In this document: in pieces, positions 46,945 to 56,701 of the stretch | How the letters are laid out: every line of letters begins with the position of its first letter | Position numbering within the stretch: the first letter of the stretch is position 1 | From: Cryomorpha ignava | Lineage (GTDB): Bacteria; Bacteroidota; Bacteroidia; Flavobacteriales_D; Cryomorphaceae | Assembly (NCBI RefSeq): GCF_010686655.1 | Contig: NZ_JAAGVY010000014.1 | Coordinates: 1-64,000 of the forward strand | Length of the DNA stretch: 64,000 nt | Reading direction: 5' to 3' | Notes under the pieces: generated by a model | Databases searched by the model: none | Told to the model about the DNA's origin: nothing | The model's input: the letters and a program-made list of their open reading frames with translations, nothing else | Made by a program: the position numbers and the translations under genes

Positions 46945-47836
46945 GTATTAATTTATTTATATCAGTTTGAATGTCGGCATAATCATCATAATAATGAACA
47001 GGAATTTTCCCGTCAGGCATTTCCCAAGTTACATTTTCCGATTTTGAAGATTTCAGGCTTCCGGTTTTACGCAAATAAACACTGTGGATTCGATTTGGCA
47101 ATTTTTGAGCTACTTCACCAAACACAGTAAAATCTTGTTGTGAGTCATCGCCAAACAAAACTATTTTCTTATCTGGAAAATGTCGCAGCAATTTCATGAT
47201 CCGATTTATTTTATAGTCCTCTCTTTCAGTTTTAACAAAAAGATTTTTGAACTCCTGATGTGGGCGCAGGTAAATGGGGCCTGGCGGCAATTTGTGAAGA
47301 TGTATAAAAGTTGAGACCAAAGAGAAAAGGTTGTATTCACTGGCAGAAACGTAGGCAAAAGGAAAGTTATTTTTGCTCAATTCACGGTAAGCCAATTCAC
47401 TTTCTTCAACCGTTTTCCGTTTTGGAATTGGCTTGAAAAGCATGAGCCAGAGCTTTGAAAAGAGCCGTGCTGAATGCGAGACCAGTATGGTGTCGTCAAT
47501 GTCTGAAATAATCAGAAATTTACTTTTATGGTAGGAATAATATCGGTTTTCACTCTGAAGCACATCCAATTGTTCTGATGAAGCCGAATGAAGGAATTCT
47601 ATTGTTTCAATCCGTTCCAAATCAAGTGTCATTTCAAAATTACCATTATTATCAGTTACTACAGGGTAAATTTCCCCATTGATCTTCAAATCTATATTTC
47701 TTCTCCCTGCCGAATCATAAAAATAGGAGCGAAGTATTTTCCAAAAAAGTTTTAAGGCTCCATCATTTTTGTCTATAAATTTTGGATGTCCGTTAATTGC
47801 AACTCCATTTAGCAGCCAGCCTCGTTGCGACTGCAC
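46922..47836 (-). CDS. App1-like phosphatidate phosphatase (DUF2183)
   Basis: FLIISDIDDTILVSH is a HAD-like DxDxT motif in an App1-family context. It overlaps the lipid-kinase gene by 23 bp. Confidence 0.65.
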   Translation of the reverse strand: MQSQRGWLLNGVAINGHPKFIDKNDGALKLFWKILRSYFYDSAGRRNIDLKINGEIYPVVTDNNGNFEMTLDLERIETIEFLHSASSEQLDVLQSENRYYSYHKSKFLIISDIDDTILVSHSARLFSKLWLMLFKPIPKRKTVEESELAYRELSKNNFPFAYVSASEYNLFSLVSTFIHLHKLPPGPIYLRPHQEFKNLFVKTEREDYKINRIMKLLRHFPDKKIVLFGDDSQQDFTVFGEVAQKLPNRIHSVYLRKTGSLKSSKSENVTWEMPDGKIPVHYYDDYADIQTDINKLIHENSRSS

Positions 47837-47969
47837 TGCCTGATAAGTCCAAATAGATAAAGGTCGCGAAATAGTAATGGGTTTTATAGGTTTAGAAAGA
47901 TAGCAGTTTCGAATCGAAATTGTTTAATTTAAAAGCTTCATGTAAAGTCTATTTTACAGAAACACATTT

Positions 47970-48479
47970 TTATTTGTCCCTCATCACTTCTCCAAAGTCA
48001 AAGTAATTTAGCCATTTCTGTTCTTGAGCATTTTGAATAATTTTGATGAATCGATTTTCTGAATCGACTAATAATCCATGATACTTGGCATGATTTACGG
48101 CTTGCTCAAAAGAATTGAGCATACTTTTGTAAAAAGATTCTTGATTTATGGTTCGCTGAAAAGTAAAGGCCTGTGCTGTCTCAATATTAAAGAGCATCGC
48201 ATCAAGCAGGAGGGAGGGTTCTACTTCAATGGTTATAAAATGCTTAATGAGTTTTTGAGCAACAGAACGTCGCATTTTTGGTTTTCTTTTTCCAGGAGGG
48301 AAATATTCTTTTCCAACCCGGGTTTTAAAATCATCTATTAACTTGTCTTCCTGCGGATTGAAAGCAAAATCGTAATAAACTTTTACATCCTTAAATCGTT
48401 CGTAAAGATCTAGGATCTGTTCGTTAAGTTGTTTTTTGGTAAGATCCTTTAGGTAATTCTGTAAATCGCGTTTCGACAA
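47970..48479 (-). CDS. Hypothetical protein
   Basis: 169-aa ORF, helical, with no recognised motif. Confidence 0.45.
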   Translation of the reverse strand: MSKRDLQNYLKDLTKKQLNEQILDLYERFKDVKVYYDFAFNPQEDKLIDDFKTRVGKEYFPPGKRKPKMRRSVAQKLIKHFITIEVEPSLLLDAMLFNIETAQAFTFQRTINQESFYKSMLNSFEQAVNHAKYHGLLVDSENRFIKIIQNAQEQKWLNYFDFGEVMRDK

Positions 48480-48480
48480 A

Positions 48481-49083
48481 TTATTCGATTTTGGTGTCTT
48501 GAGAATTCCCGTTTGACTTTTCCAGAGTTAAGTCTACTCTAGTAAAATCCCACGCCAGCATTAAGTTCAGCGGATCTCTCTCAAACTCTATTGTAAGCTG
48601 TTCGTAAACCATAAAATTTCTCATGGGTCTCACGGTAGCAGTTACTACATCGAGCTCGGGCTGCCGAGCTGCTTTCTCATCCCAGTCAACGCCCCAGCCG
48701 GGATGGCCGCTGTTAAAAATTATTTCCCATTCTGTAGGTTTCGGAATTGTCCAGAGGGTATATTTTCCTGCCGGAAGCTTCTGACCCTGAATTACTAAAT
48801 CTGTTGCTGTTACGAAAGTAGTGGGCTCGTTGGCACCGGTACGCCACACTTGGCCGTAAGGCACTAAACCCCCAAATATATCGCGGCCTTTTTTAAACGG
48901 GCGACTGAAGGTGATTTCAACATCGTATCCATTATCGGTATAGGTAATCGTTTCTTCGGGGCTGTGTTTTTTGGTTTGGAATTTCATCACCTGCAAGCTG
49001 CCGAAGGCAACGACGAACAGAATTACAATTCCAATTAAAAACCATTTAAAAAATTTATTCATGGGTTTCAATTTTGGTTGCAA
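48481..49083 (-). CDS. Exported protein, possibly DUF2911 family
   Basis: N-terminal TM/signal anchor and a YGQVWRTGANEPTTF motif. Confidence 0.45.
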   Translation of the reverse strand: MQPKLKPMNKFFKWFLIGIVILFVVAFGSLQVMKFQTKKHSPEETITYTDNGYDVEITFSRPFKKGRDIFGGLVPYGQVWRTGANEPTTFVTATDLVIQGQKLPAGKYTLWTIPKPTEWEIIFNSGHPGWGVDWDEKAARQPELDVVTATVRPMRNFMVYEQLTIEFERDPLNLMLAWDFTRVDLTLEKSNGNSQDTKIE

Positions 49084-49126
49084 GTTAGTAAGTATTGATC
49101 AAATTCTGCTGCAGACGGCCTAAGTT

Positions 49127-49834
49127 TTATTCAATGTCAAAATCAAAATATGTGTCGGGAAAGGGTTCGTTACGCAGTGTAAAATGCCACCATTCTGTTT
49201 CTATTGGTTTAAATCCGGCAAGCATCATAGCATTTCGGAGAATCAATCTTTTATCGCGCTGATCTTTTGGTAGTGCCTGATATTTAGAAGCCGATTCCGG
49301 CCCGAAAAAATCAAAGCTTGTTCCCATTAGAACTATCTCTCCGTTAGAGATGTAAACAAGACCTAAATCTATTGTACTTCCCCGTGAGTGGCCACTTTTG
49401 GATGCGATGTAACCCTGCTTGAAAAGATTTTTTTTGGAAACATCGGGATAGAAAGCTTGCTTGTTAATTGTATCATTTAACAACCGGCTCCAGCTTACAA
49501 ACATGTTAACTGCTTTTTGTGGTCTGTAGCCATCGTATATAATAATTCCATAACCCAAACGATTCAAAAGTTCAATTGCTTTCTCTAAAGAATCAGCGGC
49601 CGCCCTGGTAAGCAAAATCTTTTCTGCATTATAGCCGTTTATACGTTTTCCTACAAAATTATTGGATGTTGCATATCTGACATCTATGTACACGTTAGGA
49701 GGTCTGGACTGTATTTCAATGAAATCTGAAGGAATATTTGAGTCAAATTGACTCCTCTCAATTTTCTCTTTTACAGGATTTAGACTGATGGTAATCAGCG
49801 CATAAATCAAAAGATTAACTAAATAAGTGCCCAT
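49127..49834 (-). CDS. M15 family D-Ala-D-Ala dipeptidase (VanX/DdpX-like)
   Basis: Zinc/catalytic motifs SGHSRGSTIDL and EWWHF. There is a signal/TM sequence at the N-terminus. Confidence 0.75.
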   Translation of the reverse strand: MGTYLVNLLIYALITISLNPVKEKIERSQFDSNIPSDFIEIQSRPPNVYIDVRYATSNNFVGKRINGYNAEKILLTRAAADSLEKAIELLNRLGYGIIIYDGYRPQKAVNMFVSWSRLLNDTINKQAFYPDVSKKNLFKQGYIASKSGHSRGSTIDLGLVYISNGEIVLMGTSFDFFGPESASKYQALPKDQRDKRLILRNAMMLAGFKPIETEWWHFTLRNEPFPDTYFDFDIE

Positions 49835-49961
49835 ATTAAATCAATTTATGGCATATAAGATAGAATTTTTTTGTGTTAATCATTTTCTTGAACTTTAAAA
49901 TCAAGTAAAGTGTTGTACCTTAAACCCGTTAATCAAATCTCTCACAACCAAATTTCTCCTC

Positions 49962-50378
49962 ATGGAGTTCAAATATTACATAGATAAAGAACAGAAAATA
50001 GTTGTGAGATCTTTTCATGGTGAAGTTTCTCTTGAATCGCTGGAAAAATCGCTCGCTGTGGTTTGGGTAGATCCAGATTACAGTCCCCTTTACAGTGGAG
50101 TTGCAGATTTTAGAGATAGTAAGCTTCTTTTTTCAAAAGTTATGCTTTACAAAATTATCAAAACAGTGTCAGATAATTCCATGAGTTTGCAAGGTAGAGT
50201 AGCCATACTTGTTTCGGAGCCTCTTTCTGCAGCAATGGCTACTATTTATGGTGAGCAATTGAGGAATATGAGCCAAGTGGAGATTTTTTGTTACACGTCA
50301 GTGGCAGCGAAGTTCTTAGAAGTTGACACGAATATTCTGGATTGCTTAAGCGATGTTAAGCCAATTTATGTGGAATAG
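49962..50378 (+). CDS. Hypothetical protein, paralog A of tandem pair
   Basis: MEFKYYIDKEQKIVVRSFHGEVSLESLEK...GRVAILVSEPLSAAMATIYGEQL. Confidence 0.55.
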   Translation: MEFKYYIDKEQKIVVRSFHGEVSLESLEKSLAVVWVDPDYSPLYSGVADFRDSKLLFSKVMLYKIIKTVSDNSMSLQGRVAILVSEPLSAAMATIYGEQLRNMSQVEIFCYTSVAAKFLEVDTNILDCLSDVKPIYVE

Positions 50379-50481
50379 GGTAGGCTTTATCCACTCAAAT
50401 ATGAGATGGGGATTTTTCTAATTTTCAGAAATAAGAAATGTTTTCTATCTTTCTAGCCGTCAATTACACTTTCAATCCTAT

Positions 50482-50910
50482 TTGTTACAACCCATGGAGT
50501 TCAAATTTTTTATAGATGTAGATCAGAAAGTGATTCTAGAAACTTTTTATGGTGATATTTCAATATCAGACATTGAAAAGGCTATTCCACATATATTTAA
50601 TCATCCCGATTATAATAAGCACTTTGATGTTGCTATTGATTTTAGAAAAGCGAATAGCAAGTATTCAAAGCAAGCTTTACAAGATTTTATAAAAGGCTAT
50701 GTGGAAAATGATCAAAAAGTGCTCGGGAGGGTAGCCATTTTGGTCTCTGAACCTACGTCGGCAGCTATGGCTACTTTGTATGGTGAAGAGATGAAGGAAA
50801 TTCATACCCTTGGGATATTTTGTTCAGAATCGGAAGTTCATCGTTTTTTGCGTATTTCACCAGAGATATTTAAAAAAATTGATGCTCTGGAAACAATATC
50901 ACTGGAATAA
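50482..50910 (+). CDS. Hypothetical protein, paralog B of tandem pair
   Basis: MEFKFFIDVDQKVILETFYGDISISDIEK...GRVAILVSEPTSAAMATLYGEEM. About 35-40% identical to paralog A. Confidence 0.55.
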   Translation: MLQPMEFKFFIDVDQKVILETFYGDISISDIEKAIPHIFNHPDYNKHFDVAIDFRKANSKYSKQALQDFIKGYVENDQKVLGRVAILVSEPTSAAMATLYGEEMKEIHTLGIFCSESEVHRFLRISPEIFKKIDALETISLE

Positions 50911-50921
50911 ATATTGAATTC

Positions 50922-52376
50922 TTAGTCGGGAATATAAAGCAATTTTTTATTCGCAAAATCATAAAGCGTAAGTCTGCGCAGATCGAAATAGGCTATCCAA
51001 AAATCGCGTAAAGCTTTCGTATATGATCGCTTGGCCGCATCTTTTTCATTTAAGGCAATATTTAAATCAGTAATTCCCACTTTCCCTGTCAAGTATCTGT
51101 TTTGAGCTACCTTATAACGTTCATCAGCTACCTCATCCGATTTTTTTGCAATCTGAAGCTGATTACGCAATACCTCAAACCGCCTCACGAGCGTGATAAT
51201 CTCCTGCTCAAAATTTTGGATATCCTGTTCGAGTACGTATTGATTTAATTGCTGGTTTGCCAAAGCTGTTTGAATGCGCGCTTTGTTTCTTCCCCAATCC
51301 AAAATTGGCACTGCAAGACCGATATCTAATCTTTGCTGATCATTTGGATTTGCGTAAGCATCATCAAAATCATCGCTTGCCGTATTTAGTCCGTACGAAG
51401 CAACCAAATTGGCTCCGAAACGTTGTTTGCGCGCTTCGGCGACATCTCTTTCAGCTTCTATTCTGCTGCGCTCAAATTCGATGTAGTCAGATCGATTCAT
51501 TTTGGCATACATCAATGCATCTTGCATTAAAATGTCAAATTTCGGAATACTTTCGGGCAAAATCAGCTGTAGGGTATCGCTTGATTTAATGGCGAGATAG
51601 GCGCGAAGTTTCTGACTGGCTGTTTGCAAATCAAGCTGTGCCTGGGTTACATCTTGTTGCGACCTAAGTAGCTGAAGTTCCACTTGAAGTAGTTTATCTT
51701 TTGATGTGGTTCCAATATTGTAACGCCCTTCTTCAATCTTGTAAATAGTGTCGTTATTCGTTAGATTAAAATCAGCAATTTGGTAATTTATTTGGGCATC
51801 GAGAAAATCAAAAAAATACCGCACAGATTCGCGACTTACAAATTCCATTTGCTCTACGTAATTTCTCTTGCTCTCTTCGTAGCGCAAAGGTTCGGTGCGT
51901 CTATCCCATTTTAGCGGGTTGTAACCAAATATTGGTTGATCTAATTTTATGTTTACAAGGGTGGTATTAAAACGATCTAAATCTTGCTGAATATCATTGA
52001 AATAATTGAGATTGGTATTTACAGAAAGGTTCCCTCCGGTAAATGCAATGGGCTGATTTAATCCTAAATTCAAAGTTGAATTGATCTGCTCGCGCGATTG
52101 AAATACAATGCTTCCATCATCAAGTCTATTACTAAAATAATCACGATTGTACCCCGGCAAATTTCCCCTCAAGACTAGTTGCGGATTGTAGTTAGATTTA
52201 TATGTTCTGTACTGCCAATAGCTGTTTTTCTTTCGTGTCTCTGCCTGTTTCGATGCGGGCGACTGCTCACGAGAGAGCATAATTGCATCTGTGAGAGAAA
52301 GTATGTTTACATTTTGACCATTTGCCGAAAAGGCGAACAAACCTATTATAAAAAGCAGAAAAATTATTTTATTCAT
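50922..52376 (-). CDS. TolC-family outer-membrane efflux protein
   Basis: Signal peptide MNKIIFLLFIIGLFAFSANGQ (start set at the internal Met rather than 52433). Two-repeat OEP architecture rich in Q/L heptads. Confidence 0.8.
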   Translation of the reverse strand: MNKIIFLLFIIGLFAFSANGQNVNILSLTDAIMLSREQSPASKQAETRKKNSYWQYRTYKSNYNPQLVLRGNLPGYNRDYFSNRLDDGSIVFQSREQINSTLNLGLNQPIAFTGGNLSVNTNLNYFNDIQQDLDRFNTTLVNIKLDQPIFGYNPLKWDRRTEPLRYEESKRNYVEQMEFVSRESVRYFFDFLDAQINYQIADFNLTNNDTIYKIEEGRYNIGTTSKDKLLQVELQLLRSQQDVTQAQLDLQTASQKLRAYLAIKSSDTLQLILPESIPKFDILMQDALMYAKMNRSDYIEFERSRIEAERDVAEARKQRFGANLVASYGLNTASDDFDDAYANPNDQQRLDIGLAVPILDWGRNKARIQTALANQQLNQYVLEQDIQNFEQEIITLVRRFEVLRNQLQIAKKSDEVADERYKVAQNRYLTGKVGITDLNIALNEKDAAKRSYTKALRDFWIAYFDLRRLTLYDFANKKLLYIPD

Positions 52377-53709
52377 AACGCAATGAATTAATGGGGTTTT
52401 GCTTCGCAGCGCGTTGAGCAGGGGTAATGCCAAAAATCAATCCTATAGAAGCGGCCACCCCAAACGAAATGAAAATTGAAGACAAGGAAATAACTGTTTT
52501 TATATTGGCGAAATGGCTAACGACATAGGCCAAAGTTATTCCCAGAATAATTCCTAAAACACCACCTGTAATGCTAATAAGTACAGACTCAAACATAAAT
52601 TGATAAACGATATCGCTTTTTTTTGCGCCAAGCGAGAGGCGGAGACCAATTTCCTTAATTCGCTCTAATACAGAGGCAAGCATAATATTCATAATACCAA
52701 TACCACCTACTAAGAGAGATATACCGGCTATAGCACCAAGCACGTAATTAAACAATTCATTGCTGCGTCGCTGTTGCTTTAAGAGCAATTCTGGTATTTC
52801 GATCTGATAATCTACTACACCGTAATGTTTGCGCTCCAGCAAACGCGAAACAACATCAGAAACCGCTCCAAGCAGCTCGGTTTGATCTACCTGAAGTACC
52901 ATTCTATCAATCTGATGATAATTTGATGGTGCTTTAGCAGTGCTTACTTCCTCTTCGTCATTGCCACTGGAATTGGCAGTTCTAATCATCTGTTCGGTAA
53001 TTAAATCACGATTTTCGTATCGCACCAAAACGGTTTGAAGAGGAGCGTAAACATCCATATTGTAATCGCGAATGCCAAGGTTGCTCTGGCTTTGATCGCT
53101 GATAAGTCGTTGCTCAAGCACACCAATTACTTCAAGCCACTGCACACCAACTTTGAGACGTTTGCCAATAGGGTTCTCGGTAGGGAAGAAGCGATTTTTG
53201 ATTGATTTTCCGATTATGCATACAGCCGACCCTTGTTCAATCTGTTTCTCATTAAACATTTTTCCATCCGAGAGATTGAAATTGAAAATCTCGAAGTAAA
53301 CGGGTTCAACACCTACGAGCTTTGCCGACCTGCGTATGCCGTTATTGATAATATAGGTATCAAAAATTATCTCGGGGCTTATTTTTTGAATATTCGGTAT
53401 GATTTGGCGAATGGCTTCTGCATCCTCAAGGCGCAAGCCAGGCGAAAATTTCTCTTTTTCATTTGCAGCGTTTTCAGTATTTACCGTTTCTTCCTTTTGC
53501 TCTATGATTGGAGTTATTACCACATTGTTGACTCCTACAAGCTTCATTTGCTCATTGAGCTCTTGCTGGGTGCCATTTCCAATGGCGAGCATTGCGATAA
53601 CAGCTGCTACGCCAAAAATAATTCCAAGAGCAGTAAGAAGCGATCGCATTCTATTGCTTATCAAGGCTTCAAGAGCAATAGTAAAATTAGCCATTAAGCG
53701 TTCGTTCAT
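52369..53709 (-). CDS. ABC transporter permease, MacB/FtsX-type (MacB periplasmic domain + FtsX), no ATPase domain
   Basis: N-terminal TM, a large periplasmic domain, and a C-terminal four-TM FtsX region (...LRLSLGAKKSDIVYQFMFESVLISITGGVLGI...). Confidence 0.8.
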   Translation of the reverse strand: MNERLMANFTIALEALISNRMRSLLTALGIIFGVAAVIAMLAIGNGTQQELNEQMKLVGVNNVVITPIIEQKEETVNTENAANEKEKFSPGLRLEDAEAIRQIIPNIQKISPEIIFDTYIINNGIRRSAKLVGVEPVYFEIFNFNLSDGKMFNEKQIEQGSAVCIIGKSIKNRFFPTENPIGKRLKVGVQWLEVIGVLEQRLISDQSQSNLGIRDYNMDVYAPLQTVLVRYENRDLITEQMIRTANSSGNDEEEVSTAKAPSNYHQIDRMVLQVDQTELLGAVSDVVSRLLERKHYGVVDYQIEIPELLLKQQRRSNELFNYVLGAIAGISLLVGGIGIMNIMLASVLERIKEIGLRLSLGAKKSDIVYQFMFESVLISITGGVLGIILGITLAYVVSHFANIKTVISLSSIFISFGVAASIGLIFGITPAQRAAKQNPINSLRYE

Positions 53710-53711
53710 AT

Positions 53712-55073
53712 CTACGACGCTTTACGTTTTCTCTTAAACTCGCCACCTGCCGAGTCTTTTCGTATAGTATCCGGCACGTTTGGCTTCGACCCTTCTAATT
53801 TCTCTTGTTTTCGCTTCCCATTTAACTCCGGTAAGAGATTAACATCCGATTTTTCCATTCCGCTTACTTTGTTTAGATAAACCTGATCGTCTTCTTCTAA
53901 TCCCATTTTCACAATTACCTCGTTCCGGTTAGACTCACCAACCTCTATTTCTTGTTTCACGGCATTTAGGCCTGACTTTTTGTAAACATATGTTATTGAA
54001 TCGGCCAGATTAAAGAGCGCCTCAAGAGGTACAAATAGTTTGTTTTCAGCCTTTTCGGTAATAATTCTATTGCTTGTAGTCATTGATGGGCGTAGCAAAT
54101 CGTCTTTTTCATTTACTTCAATACTCACTTTAAAAACTTTGGCATCGCTGTTAGGTCTTTGCTCTCCTACATTGGCCACGCGTAGTACCTTACCGGTAAA
54201 TCTCTTTTCAGGAAAAGCGTCTAATCCAATTTCAACCATCTGGCCAGCCTCAACTCTCCTGATATCTACTTCATTTACATAAGTTGCAGAGATCATTGTT
54301 GAGAGGTCGGGTAAAGTAGCCACTACTGGATTCCAAGCATTAATTTGAGAACCAGTTTTGGTTGCACGGCCATTGTAGTCTTTGATGTAAATCAGCATTC
54401 CATCTTCAGGAGCTTTAATAGTAAAATCTTGAATAAGATCTTTCATTCCATCAAGGTTGCGCTGCTCTTTTAGCCTGTTAAGCGATACCTCTTGCATTTT
54501 GGCAATATTCTGCTGTCGCTTAATTTTGTAATTCTCTTTTGCCTGCTCAAGTGATCGGCCGGCTTTCTCAACATCTATTTCTGCCTGGCGAATGGTGGCG
54601 GGTGGCTCGTATTTGCTTTGATCTAATACCAGTTGCCTTTCATCAACAGCATAAGCCAGATTTATAAGTTCGTCACGTGATTTTCGCATGTCGAGAGAAG
54701 TATCAAGTTTTGTTTGAATGAATTTAGACTCTATTTTTTCTAATTCCAGCTGCGAATCTTTCAACTTGTTAGTCAATTCAGAAGGATCTATAGTTGCCAC
54801 ATAATCTCCTTTTTTAACGAGTGTTCCCTCATCTATTATATCCTGAATGGTCATATTCCAAATACGGTAGTCGCGCGTACCCTTGGGACCCAGAATTTCT
54901 ACCGAATTTTTAGCTTCAAGCTCTCCGGTTGTAGTAATGTCAATAACAAACTCACCCTTTTTTACCGACACCAGTATTCCGGCTGACTCTGCAGAACTCG
55001 ACGATGTAAAATAATATATAAGGATTATCGCAGCAATAGCTCCAATAATTCCAATCCAAATCTTTGATTTCAT
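53712..55073 (-). CDS. Efflux periplasmic adaptor (HlyD/MacA-like membrane fusion protein)
   Basis: N-terminal TM anchor, coiled-coil hairpin, beta-barrel/lipoyl segments, and a K/R-rich C-terminal tail. Confidence 0.8.
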   Translation of the reverse strand: MKSKIWIGIIGAIAAIILIYYFTSSSSAESAGILVSVKKGEFVIDITTTGELEAKNSVEILGPKGTRDYRIWNMTIQDIIDEGTLVKKGDYVATIDPSELTNKLKDSQLELEKIESKFIQTKLDTSLDMRKSRDELINLAYAVDERQLVLDQSKYEPPATIRQAEIDVEKAGRSLEQAKENYKIKRQQNIAKMQEVSLNRLKEQRNLDGMKDLIQDFTIKAPEDGMLIYIKDYNGRATKTGSQINAWNPVVATLPDLSTMISATYVNEVDIRRVEAGQMVEIGLDAFPEKRFTGKVLRVANVGEQRPNSDAKVFKVSIEVNEKDDLLRPSMTTSNRIITEKAENKLFVPLEALFNLADSITYVYKKSGLNAVKQEIEVGESNRNEVIVKMGLEEDDQVYLNKVSGMEKSDVNLLPELNGKRKQEKLEGSKPNVPDTIRKDSAGGEFKRKRKAS

Positions 55074-55180
55074 TAAATTGTATGGAATAAATATATTCGC
55101 GCTAAAGCTAAAACCTTCAAGCTGTAGGGCGACTTTAGGTGTCGTTAAGGTATGTTAAGGTTAACCAGCTATAACAGCTC

Positions 55181-55390
55181 TTACTTATTTTTCTGCTTTC
55201 GGAAATAATAATATCCAATAAGCACTACGAAAAGGCCAAGAATGGGAATGATAAATTCGGGTTGCTGATATATACTCACCGGTTTTTCGTTTTGGCCGGG
55301 GTCAATATGGGTTGGTATTTGGCCATGAACACTAAGTACACTTAGCAAACAAAACGCAAAAATCGCCGGTTTTTTTTTCAGAAGTTTCAT
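55181..55390 (-). CDS. Small exported protein with C-terminal TM helix and basic tail (paralog 1)
   Basis: MKLLKKKPAIFAFCLLSVLSVHGQIPTHIDPGQNEKPVSIYQQPEFIIPILGLFVVLIGYYYFRKQKNK. The start is set at the internal Met of ORF 55181..55462. Confidence 0.5.
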   Translation of the reverse strand: MKLLKKKPAIFAFCLLSVLSVHGQIPTHIDPGQNEKPVSIYQQPEFIIPILGLFVVLIGYYYFRKQKNK

Positions 55391-55556
55391 ATGTATTAAA
55401 TCAGGTTGGTGAATATATGACAATAAGCACTGTGTTTTGTTTTGAAATAGAAAATGCCTCAATTAAATTGAAAACCTAGAGTTTTTTCGTTGTCCGACTC
55501 TTAATATTTCTGCACGGCTTAATTTTTGGTATTTTTTAAAATACAACACCACCGTT

Positions 55557-56315
55557 ATGAAATATCACTACTTCTCTGCTGCGCTAATAATAAGCCTATC
55601 ATCTTGTACTTCATATCAGTACGTATCGCTTAAAAGCGAATTAGATCAAACTACAGAATCAAAACACTATTACTATCAAGAAAATGTATATGTCGATTTT
55701 GATTTTTCAGGGGCTAATTTTCCGATGAGTATTTTTCTTGAAAATATTGGAAGTGAGCCACTATATCTCGATCTGGAGAAAACTCTATTTTTAGAGAATG
55801 ATGTGATTTTGCGAAACGGCATTCCCGGTAATACCGGAAATATTTCAACATTTATAAAATACGAAGGGCAGGTGAGTGGCGTCAAGAGCTCCGATGAATA
55901 TCCTAACATCCTATACATCCCTTCAGGTGAAAAAATTTCCATGTTCTATGATGTATTTGGTTTTCCATACAATGAAGTTGTGAAATTAAACAGTACTCCC
56001 AAAAAAGAAAGGGTTGAAGGCTACAATTACAGAGTTAAATCTCTTGAACTTCCTAAAAATCAATCTCCCGATTATGAAATTGATTTCTATTTCTATACGG
56101 ATTCTACTCATGAAGACGGATATGATGTAATCGCTACGTTTTGGCCGGATAAGATTTATACCAAGAATACTAAGCCTACAGAGTTTCCATTTAGAAACCC
56201 CAATACATTTCATACATCCCAAGTAAATGAAGCCGCGCAGACGGCAGGGTATCTCACAATTATCGGTTTGCCCCTCACTGCATTAGTGCTCATACCTGAT
56301 TTTGAGGAGGAATAA
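55557..56315 (+). CDS. Hypothetical lipoprotein
   Basis: Lipobox LIISLSSCTSYQ. 252 aa with no recognised domain. Confidence 0.55.
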   Translation: MKYHYFSAALIISLSSCTSYQYVSLKSELDQTTESKHYYYQENVYVDFDFSGANFPMSIFLENIGSEPLYLDLEKTLFLENDVILRNGIPGNTGNISTFIKYEGQVSGVKSSDEYPNILYIPSGEKISMFYDVFGFPYNEVVKLNSTPKKERVEGYNYRVKSLELPKNQSPDYEIDFYFYTDSTHEDGYDVIATFWPDKIYTKNTKPTEFPFRNPNTFHTSQVNEAAQTAGYLTIIGLPLTALVLIPDFEEE

Positions 56316-56332
56316 AAAACTTAATACAAATC

Positions 56333-56551
56333 TTATTTTTTACTTCGCTTTTGCCAGAAATAAAAAGCAATTGCGAGAATGATAAATACCACAATGGGTA
56401 TAATATATTTTGGCTGCTGATAAATGCTAACCGCTTCGTCGCTCTGGCCTGCATCAACACCATCAGGCAATTGTGCGAAAGCAGTAATTGAAGAAGCGAT
56501 CAGACAAATTACAGTAAATATTGCTGCTTGAATAGAATTATAGATTTTCAT
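56333..56551 (-). CDS. Small exported protein with C-terminal TM helix and basic tail (paralog 2)
   Basis: MKIYNSIQAAIFTVICLIASSITAFAQLPDGVDAGQSDEAVSIYQQPKYIIPIVVFIILAIAFYFWQKRSKK. It shares SIYQQP(E/K)(F/Y)IIPI plus the TM helix and basic tail with 55181..55390. Confidence 0.5.
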   Translation of the reverse strand: MKIYNSIQAAIFTVICLIASSITAFAQLPDGVDAGQSDEAVSIYQQPKYIIPIVVFIILAIAFYFWQKRSKK

Positions 56552-56701
56552 ATTTCGTAAGTTTAACTGGTTTTATTATTACAAAATTCATTAGGTTTTT
56601 GTTTTGAGATAAGATGAAGTTCTTGTTAGTTTAGGATTTAGGATTTAGGATTTCAGATTGGAGCGCACGATGTAATGGAATGATTCAAAAAATTAAACTA
56701 T

